Source: Paramecium tetraurelia
Lineage: Eukaryota
Assembly (NCBI GenBank): GCA_000165425.1
Contig: CT868068.1
Coordinates: forward strand, 62,001-126,000
Length of the DNA stretch: 64,000 bases
Direction of reading: 5' to 3'
Part shown: one piece after another, positions 12,228-24,739 of the stretch
Layout: each line of letters opens with the position of its first letter
How positions within the stretch are numbered: the stretch's first letter is position 1
The notes under the pieces: model-generated
What the model was told of the DNA's origin: nothing
Databases searched by the model: none
Seen by the model: only the letters and a program-made list of their open reading frames with translations
Program-made: the position numbers and the translations under genes

Positions 12228-13118
12228 TCATTACTATTCCACTAAATCTTCTATTTCTGTAGTAATCCCAGTACTTAAAGGATAGACATCTTATTATGCA
12301 TCTTCTCCATTCTCTACATGTTTATAGTATTCAATTTCTTACATAAAAAGTTCATAAATTATTGATATCGCAGTTTAAATAATTCAGGAATCTTTAATTC
12401 GTCTAATTATTTCATCAACTCATAGGCAAAGTATTTTAGAGTCAGTTAATCTAAACTCACAAATTTTATTAATTCAAACTCTATATCACCTTCCTAAATT
12501 GCTCTAATAGCTAATCATAAATTATACGAAAGAATAGCCCTTATCAAAACTTCTGCATGAAATTATTTTGGTATTAAAAAATTCGGAGTGTTCTATTCAG
12601 TAAACGAAATAGTCTTATGTCCTTTCTATTGTAGACATTCTTTGTAGACATTGAATATAGGTAATAAATCCTTGGAATCCTTTAAAAAAATATAAGTAAA
12701 TTTTATTACTTAGTAAAATGGCAACCTGACATGAAAAATTTGAACAGAATTCACATTCTCTGTATTTGTTACTATCAACTCTCCAATTTTCACTATTGTT
12801 ATAAAAATGCATTAATACTTTCTTAGAGGAGCTCATTGGTTTTATTATTTTTATCTCTAATAAATATATTTCATTTATGGATTACCTTTTCGATATATAA
12901 GACCAACCTGGTTCATGAGAAGAATTCACTAAAATCGAGTTTAAGAATTACCTACTACATCCACTAATTCTTCTACGATATCTGCTTATACAATTTAAAT
13001 GGTTGTTTAATTAATGGTTCTTGTAGTTATAACTTTTGATTCTGGTTGTAGGCTTTGTTTTTTATCCTCTTCAATTCCACAAATATCTAATTAGCAATTT
13101 AATAATACTGTTTCCCAT
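12228..13118 (-). CDS. Macrodomain-like (A1pp/ADP-ribose-binding fold) protein, degenerate, intron-rich
   Basis: Spliced translation: MGNNICG...TTIQIVQADIVEELVDVVVNSSH...TISFTEQNTPNFLIPKQFHAEVLIRAIL...LIKFVSLD. This follows the macro consensus order. About seven 22-30 nt introns. Confidence 0.7.
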
Positions 13119-13309
13119 TCTAAAATTTATTATTTTTAATTATTTAAGAACAGCAATTGATTAATAGTATTAAATTGATTGTTATCATGATATAACTTCA
13201 AGTTTAAATGATTCAGTAGTATTATGACAATTTAAATTAATATTAAGTTAGAAAAATAGTATTTTAGAAATAATTTATATGAACATATATATCATTATAA
13301 AATAGAAAG

Positions 13310-14587
13310 TCAACACTAATTTGACTGCTTCATTTAAAAATCATTTTTTTCAATTTTTTTGTCTGGAAAAAACAAATCCAAAAGTTCTTGTCTCATCTTT
13401 TATAAAAACTTGTATTATAGGAATGAATTATTCTAGAATTAACTTAAATAATTAGCAGCTATGCATGTATAGTATCCGCAACTGGACCCATCTTTCTATT
13501 TTGGAAAATCTTTTTTATTTAGAACTTCGAATTTAAAATATTAATCTTTGGTAAGAGTTTGGAATACTGTATTAAAAAAGAGTTCTACTTTATAAGACAA
13601 GCTATTGAACATAGAATCATATAAAATTAGCAATCTTTCATCTACTTTCACTTCAAGAAATTGCCAATGAAAATTACTACTATTAATTACTATCCCTATC
13701 TTTTTGTAAATAAGCCAGAATTTATATTAGATGGCACTAAATTATTTAATATGTTCCAAAAATAGGCATATAAATTTTCTTTTAACGTGCTCCTAATCTT
13801 AAATTTCAAATTATTTGAGCGTGCAATTAGCTATAAGTGATGAAGGAAATATAATAAGTCTTTAGTAATTTTTTCTTTCTCGAGAAGGCAAGGAGAAATA
13901 ACGAAGTTCATCTTAAATTTGTAAGTAGTTCATGTAACCATCAATAATATTGGTATTTAGCAGCATGTTATAAGTAGATAATATTCTAAATTCTGGATCA
14001 GATATGTTTTGGTTATATTTATAATTATTATTCTCATTTTTAAACTTCAAATAGTATGGAAACCTTTCTTGGACTATTTCTTATTCATCTGTGATGGTTA
14101 TCATCCAAAACATCTTCAACCGCATAATAACTTTATCATTATGCTTAATTATATCTGTTTATACTGTTTCTTTAAATAAATTGGATTATTGATACAAATC
14201 TAGATTTCCTTCATTGATGAATTTGATAACTTTATTTTAGGATTTCGTTTCATCATTTTGATAATTTTTACCATTGCTATAAGGATTGATTTAATCTTAA
14301 TTTTAGAAAAAAGTTTATTCAATTTAATATTAGGAGATCTAAATATCTTATTATTTTAAATCTTGCAAATAGGTTTGATATTCTGAATTTATGTATTCAA
14401 TGTATGATTGAGAAACTTCAATCTATGGCTAATTCTATTACTAAACTGATTCCTATATGTTCTGTTCAAAGAGTTTTAAGTATAACTTTTTGATTTCAAG
14501 TTGTAAACCAGAGAAATTTCTGTACAAACTTGATTATTTGAGATTCTGCATATGATCAAATTTTTCTTCATTCTATTCTAATTTCAT
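13310..14587 (-). CDS. Ulp1/SENP-like (peptidase C48) protease, 425 aa
   Basis: LLNTNIIDGYMNYL, FHWQFL...ILYDSM and PKQKDGSSCGYY give His-Asp-Cys plus the oxyanion Gln. Start and stop are in frame. Confidence 0.85.
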
Positions 14588-14633
14588 TTTATTTATTAAA
14601 AAACAAATAAATAATAAAATAATTTATCTACAA

Positions 14634-16055
14634 TCATAATTATTCGTAATAAAAAATGTCTTTCAAATCACTTTTAATGTCCTTCTTTTCCTTAAAATCC
14701 TTTACTCTATGTGTATTACTAAAATATTCTAGGGCAATACAAGTATGATAGCCACAAGAATATGAATCATTTTAACTTTAAAATTTTGGTTTAAAATACA
14801 TTTTGAATTCATATTAGTCTTCCTTAATGTTCTTTAATTGGTTCTTCTGAAGCTCATAAAATACATATGACAATAAAGCTCTAACCTTATGATAATGTTG
14901 GGAACTTCCACTTAAGGAATCATAAATAACCATGAATCTTTCTTTTAAATCCAAAGTAAGCATATACCAATGTGAGTTATTTTTATTTACAATAAATGCA
15001 ATTTTTTGATAGATAAGCCAAAATTGATATTGAATAGTTTTAAACAATTCTAGTTTCTCAAGTATTAATAATAACCATTTTTCTTTGAGAGGTGGAGATT
15101 CCAAATTACAATTGGTTAAAAAGTCAGAAGTAAAAATAAAGAGTCGTGGGTATTATTCTCTTTCTGCTGATGACAATGAAAAGTAATATCTTTCATCCAA
15201 CCCAGATAAATAATTACCGTATCCATCAATCATAGAACTAGTCCAATATTGACCTGTTTTTTCGAACATTTTCTATTCCCATTTGCCAATATTTTAATTT
15301 AATTTGATTTTTGGAAAAGTTTCCTAGAACTCAAACTTCTTTATTCTTCCCTCTTCCTTCAATGATTCTAATTTAAAAAGATCTTTTTCATAATGAATAG
15401 TTTTTCTTGAGACCATCTCATTTCCTACTTTTGTTTATAATTAAAACTATTTTAATTACATAACTATTTCATTTTCATTACTTTGATCTAAGACTATATC
15501 ACATTATTGGCATTTACACTTCAGCTTAGGTTTACTTTCCCTTTTCATCTACTCTTTTCTTTCATATTCAAGTTTTGGTTTTAATTAATCGAATTGAGTA
15601 TCACCGTGTTTATAAGTTTGACAATGCTTTTATACTCCCTTCTGAAAAGCCTTTAAATTTAGTTTCTCTTGAAAATGCAATTAATTAATATTTCCCGAAG
15701 GATTTACTAAAGGTAGAATATTTTAAGTATCTTTAGAAATTAAATGAATTGTTCTCTTATTGCTTACATTTTAATTCTATTAAAATTAATTATTAAGTGG
15801 ACATTTATCATTTTCATTATTATGTCCTCCATGTTTTATGAAATATATTTTATGAGGAGGTTATAGATAATATTTTAATTTATCTAATTTCTCTTTTACA
15901 TAATTCACAAAAACTGATTATTGAGGCTATTCTAATATAATTGGTTTGCATTTTGTGTTAAAAGGCTCTTCACTTTAAGCTATTACTGGAACCCTGACAT
16001 AAGTAGAATCTGTCACCTCCACTGTTTTGATTAATTTTCTATGTTATTGCATCAT
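14634..16055 (-). CDS. Ulp1/SENP-like (peptidase C48) protease, tandem paralogue, 473 aa
   Basis: WTSSMIDGYGNYL, NNSHWYML...VIYDSL and SQNDSYSCGYH; start and stop are in frame. Confidence 0.85.
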
Positions 16056-16170
16056 TATAATTATTTTATTTTATAATAATTTGTTATGACAATACATTTT
16101 TCTACATAAACTAGTTGTTGTGTTTTTTCTTTTAAATTTTCACAATTTTATTAATTTAATAAATATCAAC

Positions 16171-16852
16171 TCATTAATCATCATCATCATCACTGCTGTT
16201 ATTTTTATCCATTAACGATCGCATATAAGTATCTATTGGAACAATCTTTCTTGGAATCTCCTCGTCTTTTAATTTGTTCATTAGTGATGGGTTTCTTTCT
16301 GCTTTCACCATACTTGAAGTTTAAGGAGTCATGAATCCTCTAAAAGCCCAATGAATTTTAAAATAATAAGGATGAGTTTCAGATAATCTTAGATCCTAAC
16401 ACTTATTATAAAACATACATGATCTGGAATCATGTGTTAGAAGACACATAATGGTTGTTGATCTATAAATTCACATATGTATTCTGCATATTAGAATAGT
16501 GATTTCCCATAATCCCCATACTTAAATAGAACATTATCCAAAAGTGCAGCCTTCTTATGGACTTTCTAATGAGTAGTCGCATGTTATTTGAATTATGAAT
16601 ACCATCTATGATATTTGCTTATTTAATATACCTTCTGGCTTCCTGATGGGTTTTGAAAACTAGGGCAACTTTTTAAATTCTCTCCTTGCCTGTCTTCTCA
16701 TATAAATCAAATCTTGCTGATTATACATCATTTTCAGGTGGCTTTGTAGGTATATGTTATTCAATGTAGCTTCGTCCTTCTTCCGAAATTATATGACTAT
16801 TCATTACACAATCCATAATAGTTTCTGCTAGTTCATCTATTTCCATTGACAT
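16171..16852 (-). CDS. Hypothetical protein (~210 aa) with acidic tail
   Basis: Open after removal of two short GT-AG introns; ends NSSDDDDDQ-TGA. Confidence 0.7.
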
Positions 16853-17036
16853 TTGATAAAATTATTCCAAATAATTTGTTGTCTCTCTTAATATTTCATT
16901 ACCAAATATTACAATGAAATATAATTTAACTATTAAATAAATTTATGTATTTCTATTTGTAAAACTACAGAGAATGTTTAAAGACTACTCAATTTAAATA
17001 TTGTATTAATATATCATAATTTACATTACTCTAGCT

Positions 17037-19513
17037 TCACAGAGGTTGTGTCTATTGTTTTTCTTGATATTCTTTGATCTAATGGTTTTACCACTCAATA
17101 TTAGGATCATACTTATAGAAAGGATGGGTAGTCTATTTTAAATTCATATATTCTACCTTAGCCTATGGATATTCTTACAAGAACTACAAATCTTCTGATT
17201 CTAAATTCTCTTCAAATGGTTTTTCCTTAATAATTGCTTCACAATGTCTCTCTATAATATAATATTATATTAAATATACTTATTATTTAATCCAATTAGG
17301 TCTTTATTTAAACATCATTCCAAAACTATTAATCGAACTGAATCAAATCCTACTAGTATTCCTTAATGTAGGGTAACAGTGTTCCTTAATATTTATTTAC
17401 TAAATTTAGTGTTTAATAGTATTACAAAACTATATCAGCATTAATTAATATTTGTGATTTACAATACGATTCTATTCAGTTTCATTGTTTCTCAATTTAG
17501 TCAATAACTTAGCACATAACAACGGTTTTTATTAATTTATGTACAAACCAACCATTTGTTTGAATGCTTAAAAATTCACCTCTTTGTTATTGAAATTAGT
17601 GTGAATTAAGACTTAAGCAAAACGATTTTACATTTTGATAATATCTTCCTAAGTTTTTAGTTGATCTAAAAGCTGTTCTCCAGAGAGATCGAATCTTTTT
17701 TATATATCTCTACTGAATATATGTCCTTCTATTGAAAACTGTTCCTTTAAGAGTTTTTCTTCCTATTCTTTTTGTTACTACTTTGCTAACAATTTTTTCT
17801 CTTTTGGAGTTAACTTCTTTTACTCTATTTTTCGCTATTCCTAGATTCTTACTCTAAGTCTTTCCAAACCTTCAATCATCAATCCAGCCGATTAAATAAA
17901 ATATTTAGCATCGTGTCTTTTATCGATAGCATCAATCATTTACAATAAAGATCTTAATGTGTATCTTCTGATTGAATATTAATAGAACTCTAATTAGTCA
18001 TCACACATTTCTTGGAAGTGTTTAAATATTAAATTAAATTGCTGTAAGGCAGGACCAAGATAATTTAATCGTAATAATGTTCTACCTATATTGAGTTCAA
18101 ACCAAATCATTTGCAATTCATATGGATCTGACCCATCTTTTAAGAAGAGACTCAATAAATCTTACGATACCACTATCATATTTGCTAGCGAAGCATATTT
18201 AATTGTCTAATTGTTCAAATATCTGTCTGCCAAATCCAATTGTCTAGCTCTATCAGCTGATTCATAAGCCTCTTTGAATTTTTGTAATTTCTTCAGAGTT
18301 TTTGCTTTAATCAAGTATAATTCAGGCAATGTAGCTGTATGTTCTATGGCTTCATTGATAAGTTCAAGGGATTAATTGTAATCCTTAATTTGATAGGAAT
18401 GCTGAGATAGTAACATCAAAGCCCAAAGCTTTTCGATTTGACTTTTATCCAGATATGTCTCAAAGGCTTTCTTCATAATTTCAATCTTGTTAGGATCTGT
18501 GTATAGATGTTTAATCTCTCTGAATAAGGATGGTAAGGACTTCTAAAAAAATGGATCAATAAATTAGAGGAAACTATTTAAAAATGAATCTCCTTCTTTC
18601 TGTGCAAGCAATCTACCTTATACTAAAGTGTTATTATAAATGGATAGATCCACTTATGGATCTGCCTTTTACAACATTTGATAGTATTTCCAATTTTAAG
18701 GCTATAAGTCAAGCAAGTGTTTAACAGATTGAATTGCACTTGTGTTATCTCCTATTTTAATAAAGTATTCGTATTCAAGTTCATAAAATGAGACCAAATC
18801 GGTGATATCACTAAATAAATTATGGAATTACTTTTTGAAATCAAGTAAATTTTGTTTAGCTCTTTGAAAGTCCTTGGCATCAATGGCGAGCTAAATTTAG
18901 TACAACTTAAATTCATTTATCTCAACTTTTTTGATGGGGTTTTATATATCCTTTTTAATAACATCTTCAGTCAATTTTATAGTATTAAAGGCACCTGCGT
19001 AATTGCCAATTAAATGCTGACTAAGTATGAAACCAACCCAATTTACTACCATTCCAGGTTTACTATTTAATAGTTTTTGCCTCAACCAATTATTTCCTTC
19101 GAAATCTCTGATGTGAATGGAGAGATTAGCAGTGTCTCTGATCAATTGAAGATTCTCCTCGCCCTTGTTGATTGCTTAGATGAAACATTTGACTGCTTGG
19201 ATGTAATTCTTTTCAGCCTTTTAGATTAAGCCATAAATGTGCCAACAAAAGTCTGAAGCCAAATTCTTGAGAACAGCCTGGTATGCTAAGGCAAGTCCTG
19301 CTTCACGTTCTTCGGTGTAGTACATGAAGATTGCTTTAAGTGAGACGACTTCTTAATTGTCTGGGACTTGCTCTAATAATTTCTCTGAATTTTTCAATCC
19401 TTTTTTGTAATCTTTGGCTTCTAGCAATCTCTTAAAGATGTTTAGATTGAATTAATTACCATCAAGGATTTGAATTCATTGTTTTGTTTTGCATTTAATT
19501 CTGTTGATTTCAT
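17037..19513 (-). CDS. NAA15: N-terminal acetyltransferase A auxiliary subunit (TPR)
   Basis: KDYKKGLKNSEKLL, SDFCWHIYGLI, IRDTANLSIHIRD, HTATLPELYLIKAK, ARQLDLADRYLN and QMIWFE match the Nat1/NAA15 pattern. Confidence 0.9.
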
Positions 19514-19614
19514 AGTTGGATAATAATATTATTTTGATGAATAGTTTATTTAATTAGTTGAGGAGATGGAATATTATTATATTATTATATTATTATTTAA
19601 TTTAAATTTTGCAT

Positions 19615-20565
19615 ATGAATCAAAGCAATTTAATAGAGGACTTAAATGGATCGAATGTTTCGAGATTGTTAAAGCAAATTAAAGAGAGTAATGGTTGATT
19701 ATATTGTAGTCACCCAAGATGAATTGTATGAGGAAATGAGTCAATTGAAAACAAGAGTGTTGGGATTATTAAAAGATTACCAATCATCCTTATAATAAAA
19801 GGAGAATATCAGACAATTAAATCAATAAATACGTAAGGATGTAACAAACATCAGCAATGATTATAGTTAAATTATTGAAAAGATGAACTAGAGTGTTGAT
19901 TGCACATTTATTTCGATTGAGAGCATCACACCATTTTAAAAGAATGAAAAAGTAACGATTTATAAATTTAGAAGGAAATGAATAAAATGTTCAATTTGGT
20001 TGAAGAGTTTCTTGAGAAATTTTAAGGGAAGAAAGCCAATCATAATTTATATACTAGTTTCATCTCAGATAAAATGGAACGCTCTGGAATATCTATGGCA
20101 GACACCAGTATTATCGATGTTAACTGTAGAATATCCATAATAAAGGATTAAATCGCTTCTAATTTATCTGATAAAAAATACAGTCAATTGGTTCTGATGG
20201 AGACTGTGGATGCTTTGTAGGAAGCATTGAATTCTCAGAAAATAGAAAAAATCAGATCGATAATCAAACGAATAGAACATTATATGGCTCAATGTTAGCA
20301 TGATGCTAGTGATTTGTATTAGATGTTACAAAAGGCAGTGGAGTCATGCAAAGAGAAGGAGACCGAATTACAGAATCAATCGATAGTTGAAGATAAGGAC
20401 ACCAAAAGGAGGTTTTTTGATTTAGCCTTAGAAATAAAGAGTGAATTACCAACCAACCATCCTGGCAGAAAGGTATTGGTTTCACTTCTGTTTGAAAAGG
20501 CCTAGAATATAGATGAATCTGAATGGCATGACTGGATTCTTGATTAATTAAGTTAACAAAATTGA
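19615..20565 (+). CDS. Hypothetical coiled-coil protein
   Basis: Coding-like frame with short introns (first near 19688-19709); ends EWHDWILDQLSQQN-TGA. Confidence 0.7.
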
Positions 20566-20587
20566 AAAATAACTATTTTTAATTAGT

Positions 20588-21576
20588 TCATGTGTAACTT
20601 TTAATAAAACTCAAAGTTTCGTTTAATTATTGGCTGTAATGATGCTTTTTCTCTCTAATTTTGAGAATTAAATCTGTCACAGGATGCATTTATGAAATTG
20701 ATTTAATGATGACAGTTTGTCCTTTGTCCATGGGTTATTCATCAATAATCATTTAGATTTCGTAATCCCCGTTTTCATCTTGATCGATGATTTTTTGAGC
20801 ATCTTCAGCTGATGACAATATTTCCACATCATCTTTTTTATTAATGATTGTTAATAACTGAGTTGATTTATTTTTACTTGAATTGGAGGCTAATTTCATA
20901 TGTTATTCTTACACAAAGAGTCATTCTTCCTGTGAATTGCTTGAGTGATAATGGCTTGATTTTTCTTGTATTTCCTTAAACCATCTAAATCATGGAAACT
21001 TGTCTTGCGTATTTGAGTATCTGCATATATTCATTGAACATGTATACCATTTTATGTATGTAAATCATCTGATAGAAATCTGTCTCGACGAAATGATTTA
21101 AATTCATTAACTGATTCTTTTTCCATTTAGTCAATAGGATCAAAGTTTTATAAATATGCAACGTTTACTGTCATTTTATTCGATAATTAAATTTGCAGAG
21201 TGGCAATCAAATTAGGATCAATCCAATCTGTACTCTTGTTCTCATTCAAGTGAATGATATGATCCATTTCATTATCTTACTTTTATTATAATGGAGTCAA
21301 TTATGTCAATTCAATGCACTTTTCAAAAAATTACTAAGAATTCTCGTTTATCTATTGCAAATTACACAAAATATTCCATTCCTCCACCAAATAGGGTTTT
21401 AATTATTTTTTCAGATAAAATTGAATTGCCAAATTGTTTTCTCCATTAGGATTCCATCTCTTCCTTATGTGGTTGCATTCAAGATTAAAATTCATATCTA
21501 CCTTATGCTTGTACCTCTTCTGCAGAATACATTTAGCTATTTATTGTGCAATATCAAGACAATTTAATATGCTCAT
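20588..21576 (-). CDS. Hypothetical protein, possibly ATG13-like HORMA N-terminus
   Basis: The ORF is clear. IAKCILQKR...NFNLE...YLVEEW...LTQLTPL loosely resembles ATG13 HORMA motifs; this assignment is weak. Confidence 0.55.
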
Positions 21577-21633
21577 TGAAATTATAATATTATTTCAAAA
21601 TGACTCATTATTATTATATTATTATAACAATAT

Positions 21634-22557
21634 TCACTCCTATTACGAAATCTTCTCAATCAAAATATCGATCACAGGTTTCAGCCACAAATCAATATCC
21701 TCTGACTTCTTGAGTTTCATAAGATCCAATTCCCCGTCATTCACTGTATACATCACCTTCAAACACTTGTCCTGATTGATATCAATCGATATCAGAGTCC
21801 CTTGACTTACTTATAATACCCTTACTTTGATGAACACAGACATTGTCCTGAGGACAGATGAATTACAATTCACTGTTTGAAGAATTGTAAGACAGAATGT
21901 AATCAACAAAACGACCCTTCTCCTTAACACTAGCTTGGACAGATAACTTTTTAGATTTGTTTTCAGGCTTCTTGAATTCAGAATTTCTAAATCTGATCTT
22001 CGATTTAGTCACTTCTATCGATTGCTTTTTATTCAGGATCTTTTCCATTATGCGATCAACCTACTTCTCCAATTCTGTCAATTCTTCAACTCGCACCAAA
22101 TCGATACAAGTTTCAATTAACTAAGATGATGTTTGAATCACAATTTACATTTAAGAATCTAACCAAAAAGTATCTCACTATCTTTGTAAAGTAAATGAAG
22201 AATATATTAGTGTACTCATCCATTTCCAATTTTTCAAACACTCCATATATTAATGAATGCCATCTTGAATGTGGTAGCATTATGTAAAATTTGATAAAAT
22301 AAGGAACAAGGAATCCAAAAGGAATCAGTTCCAAAAACAACATAAATACAGACTCAAGTTGAATAAAGGTATAAAGCAAAAACCTCATCTAAAATTATAT
22401 TCAATACCACTTAATCAAAAGAGCATCTCCCTATTCCACATTCTATTTTTTGAATGCTTCACATGTTTTCCAAGTTAATTGAAATCCGCAATAGACACTC
22501 AAGATAATTTAAAATGCCTTACTTCATTATTTTAGCTCCATATACTATTAGAGACAT
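21634..22557 (-). CDS. TB2/DP1/HVA22 (REEP/Yop1-like) membrane protein with C-terminal extension
   Basis: Spliced LLIKWFLLYTFIQLE...LIPFGFLVPYFIKFYIMLP...LIY. A 28-nt intron joins the two ORF-track fragments. Confidence 0.6.
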
Positions 22558-22679
22558 TAACTAATTATGAATTATATTTAATTTATCATATAATTCTTTA
22601 TATTAAAATATAATACCTCAAAAGTCTTTGCATATCCTTATCTCAAACTTACATCATTATAATAAAAATAAATATACAT

Positions 22680-24004
22680 TCAAAAAAGAAAGAATATTTC
22701 CAGTAAGTATTTAGTAGAAAAAGATCTGATAGTTCCATTTTAACAATTTTCCATCTTCAGTATAGAAATTCTATTCTTTACAAATAATTACATTTTCTTT
22801 ACAATATATTATACATAATAATAATCTATTTCATTTAATATTCTATAAGTATCCTACAATCTCATCACATACTAAATAACCTTCTGGAATTTTTAATTTG
22901 ATATTATCTTCACCAATAATCAAGTATTCCTCAAACCTTTTCATAGCCTCTATCAGAGATTATGATAATAATGATCTCTCTATCCCCCATTTGGTTCTTA
23001 ATCTACTCATTAATAGTATTCTTTATTTTTCAAATTGAGTACTTTCATCCTCCACCAAACAACCCTCTCCAGAGTCTACAAACCTATAATATTATTTCAA
23101 TGTTTTTGGTCGAGTAACTCTGATTAAATTTGAAAGAGATGTGGCTCCCATTCCAAATCCATAAAAATTGCTATCCCCAAGCCAATAATTTTTATTGTGC
23201 TAACTGATATGCTTTTCTGATTTTGCAAAATTAGATATCTCATAATGATCGTATTGCTGTAGAGTTTGATGCACTTTAGTGTAATTGCAGGTTTGAATCT
23301 CGTTATTAGGAAGAGGATGAATGCCTTCTCGATAATTCAAGTTTTTGTAGAAATAGGATTCCTCTTCTATACTCAGTGAATAGGCAGAGATATGTCCTGG
23401 TTGATATTATTCAATGAACCATTTTAGATCTTCAAGTGAGCTTTATCCAACTTCAGAGGGTAAATTATAAAGAAAGTCAAAAGAACAATTGTCAAATGAT
23501 CCATAGACTTTGTAGATAAGTCCAAGGGCATCATCTATATCCTTTCTTAGATGGCTTCTGTTTAATCGTTTTAATGTTTCATCCTGTAAAGATTAAACAC
23601 CCACGGAGAGCCGATTGAGCTTCATATTTGACTAATAGAATACCCCTAAAGTTTTAAATCCTTATAGCTTATCTTCGTTGAAAGTTTTGGGATCCGCCTC
23701 AATGGTTATTTCTGCGTTTGATTATTTCTTAAAGCAATTCAATATTAACTTTGTTCAAAATTTTAGATACTTGCAAGCTCTCTAACGAGAGGAGAGAAGG
23801 AGTTCCTCCTCCAAAATATATTGTTTTCAAAGGTTCCCCTTTATAATGTTTTTGAATATCCTTAATCAAATATTCTACATATTGTTTCTCCAAAGATTGT
23901 TTGTAATGATTCTAATTGACTTCTGTCTATCCAACTATATGAACAGGAAAAGCACAGTAAAAACATCGTTTTAAACAAAATGGAATATGTATATAAGCAC
24001 TCAT
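22680..24004 (-). CDS. RSAD1: Radical SAM HemW/RSAD1-type heme chaperone (HemN-like)
   Basis: AYIHIPFCLKRCFYCAF (CxxxCxxC), TIYFGGGTPSL, EITIEADP, NRLSVGVQSL, YEISNFAK and HNKNYW (the HNxxYW motif of HemW). Two short introns. Confidence 0.88.
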
Positions 24005-24739
24005 TCAAATAAATTAATTCTCGTCACAAATTATTATTATAATCAAATTAAGAGAGTTTTTACTTCACATCAACTTTTGTATTAGCATAATTAAATTCTT
24101 GAATAATTGGCTTGATAATCAAAGTTCAATTTTGAAGTAATTTGAAAACATTAAATAACTACTTTAAAATAGGTTCTATGAAATAATTTTCTTTAAGATC
24201 AAATGAAGAACCTTTTAAAAAGATTTAAATAAAGTGAATTGAACAAATTCCAATTCAGAAAATCTATTGCTTAAATAATTATTTTCCAAATATTATTGGT
24301 TTTTGTTATTAATCTACAAAATTCGTGTGTATCAATTATAATACTTGACTCCTAGAATAATATATTTATTCTAACTCTCAGATAAAATAATCGAAATCAA
24401 ATTTTCTTATGAAGGATTAGCATATAAGAAAAAATAGTTTTTATTAAAATTAATAATTTTAAACAATTTTATCTATAGATATATTTATAAATATTATTCA
24501 TGTAAACAGGTAGACACAATTTGGCGACAACTAATTTAGAATTAACAGGGGATTCAAACATAAATGCATAACACCATTTTATTAATTATAATATCTTAAG
24601 ATATTATAATTAAATAATATAGTATATTTACATTTGTTCGTAATAAGTAATTATCTTATTTCCTTTAAATTAACAGGGCATAAGAGCATAAGACATAAAT
24701 TATATTGTTTAATAAAAGCATTTATTTAGTAAAAATAGT

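Noticed and set aside
13310..16055. Ulp1 genes as cargo of a transposon
   Set aside because: No transposase, terminal inverted repeats or target-site duplications were recognised nearby.
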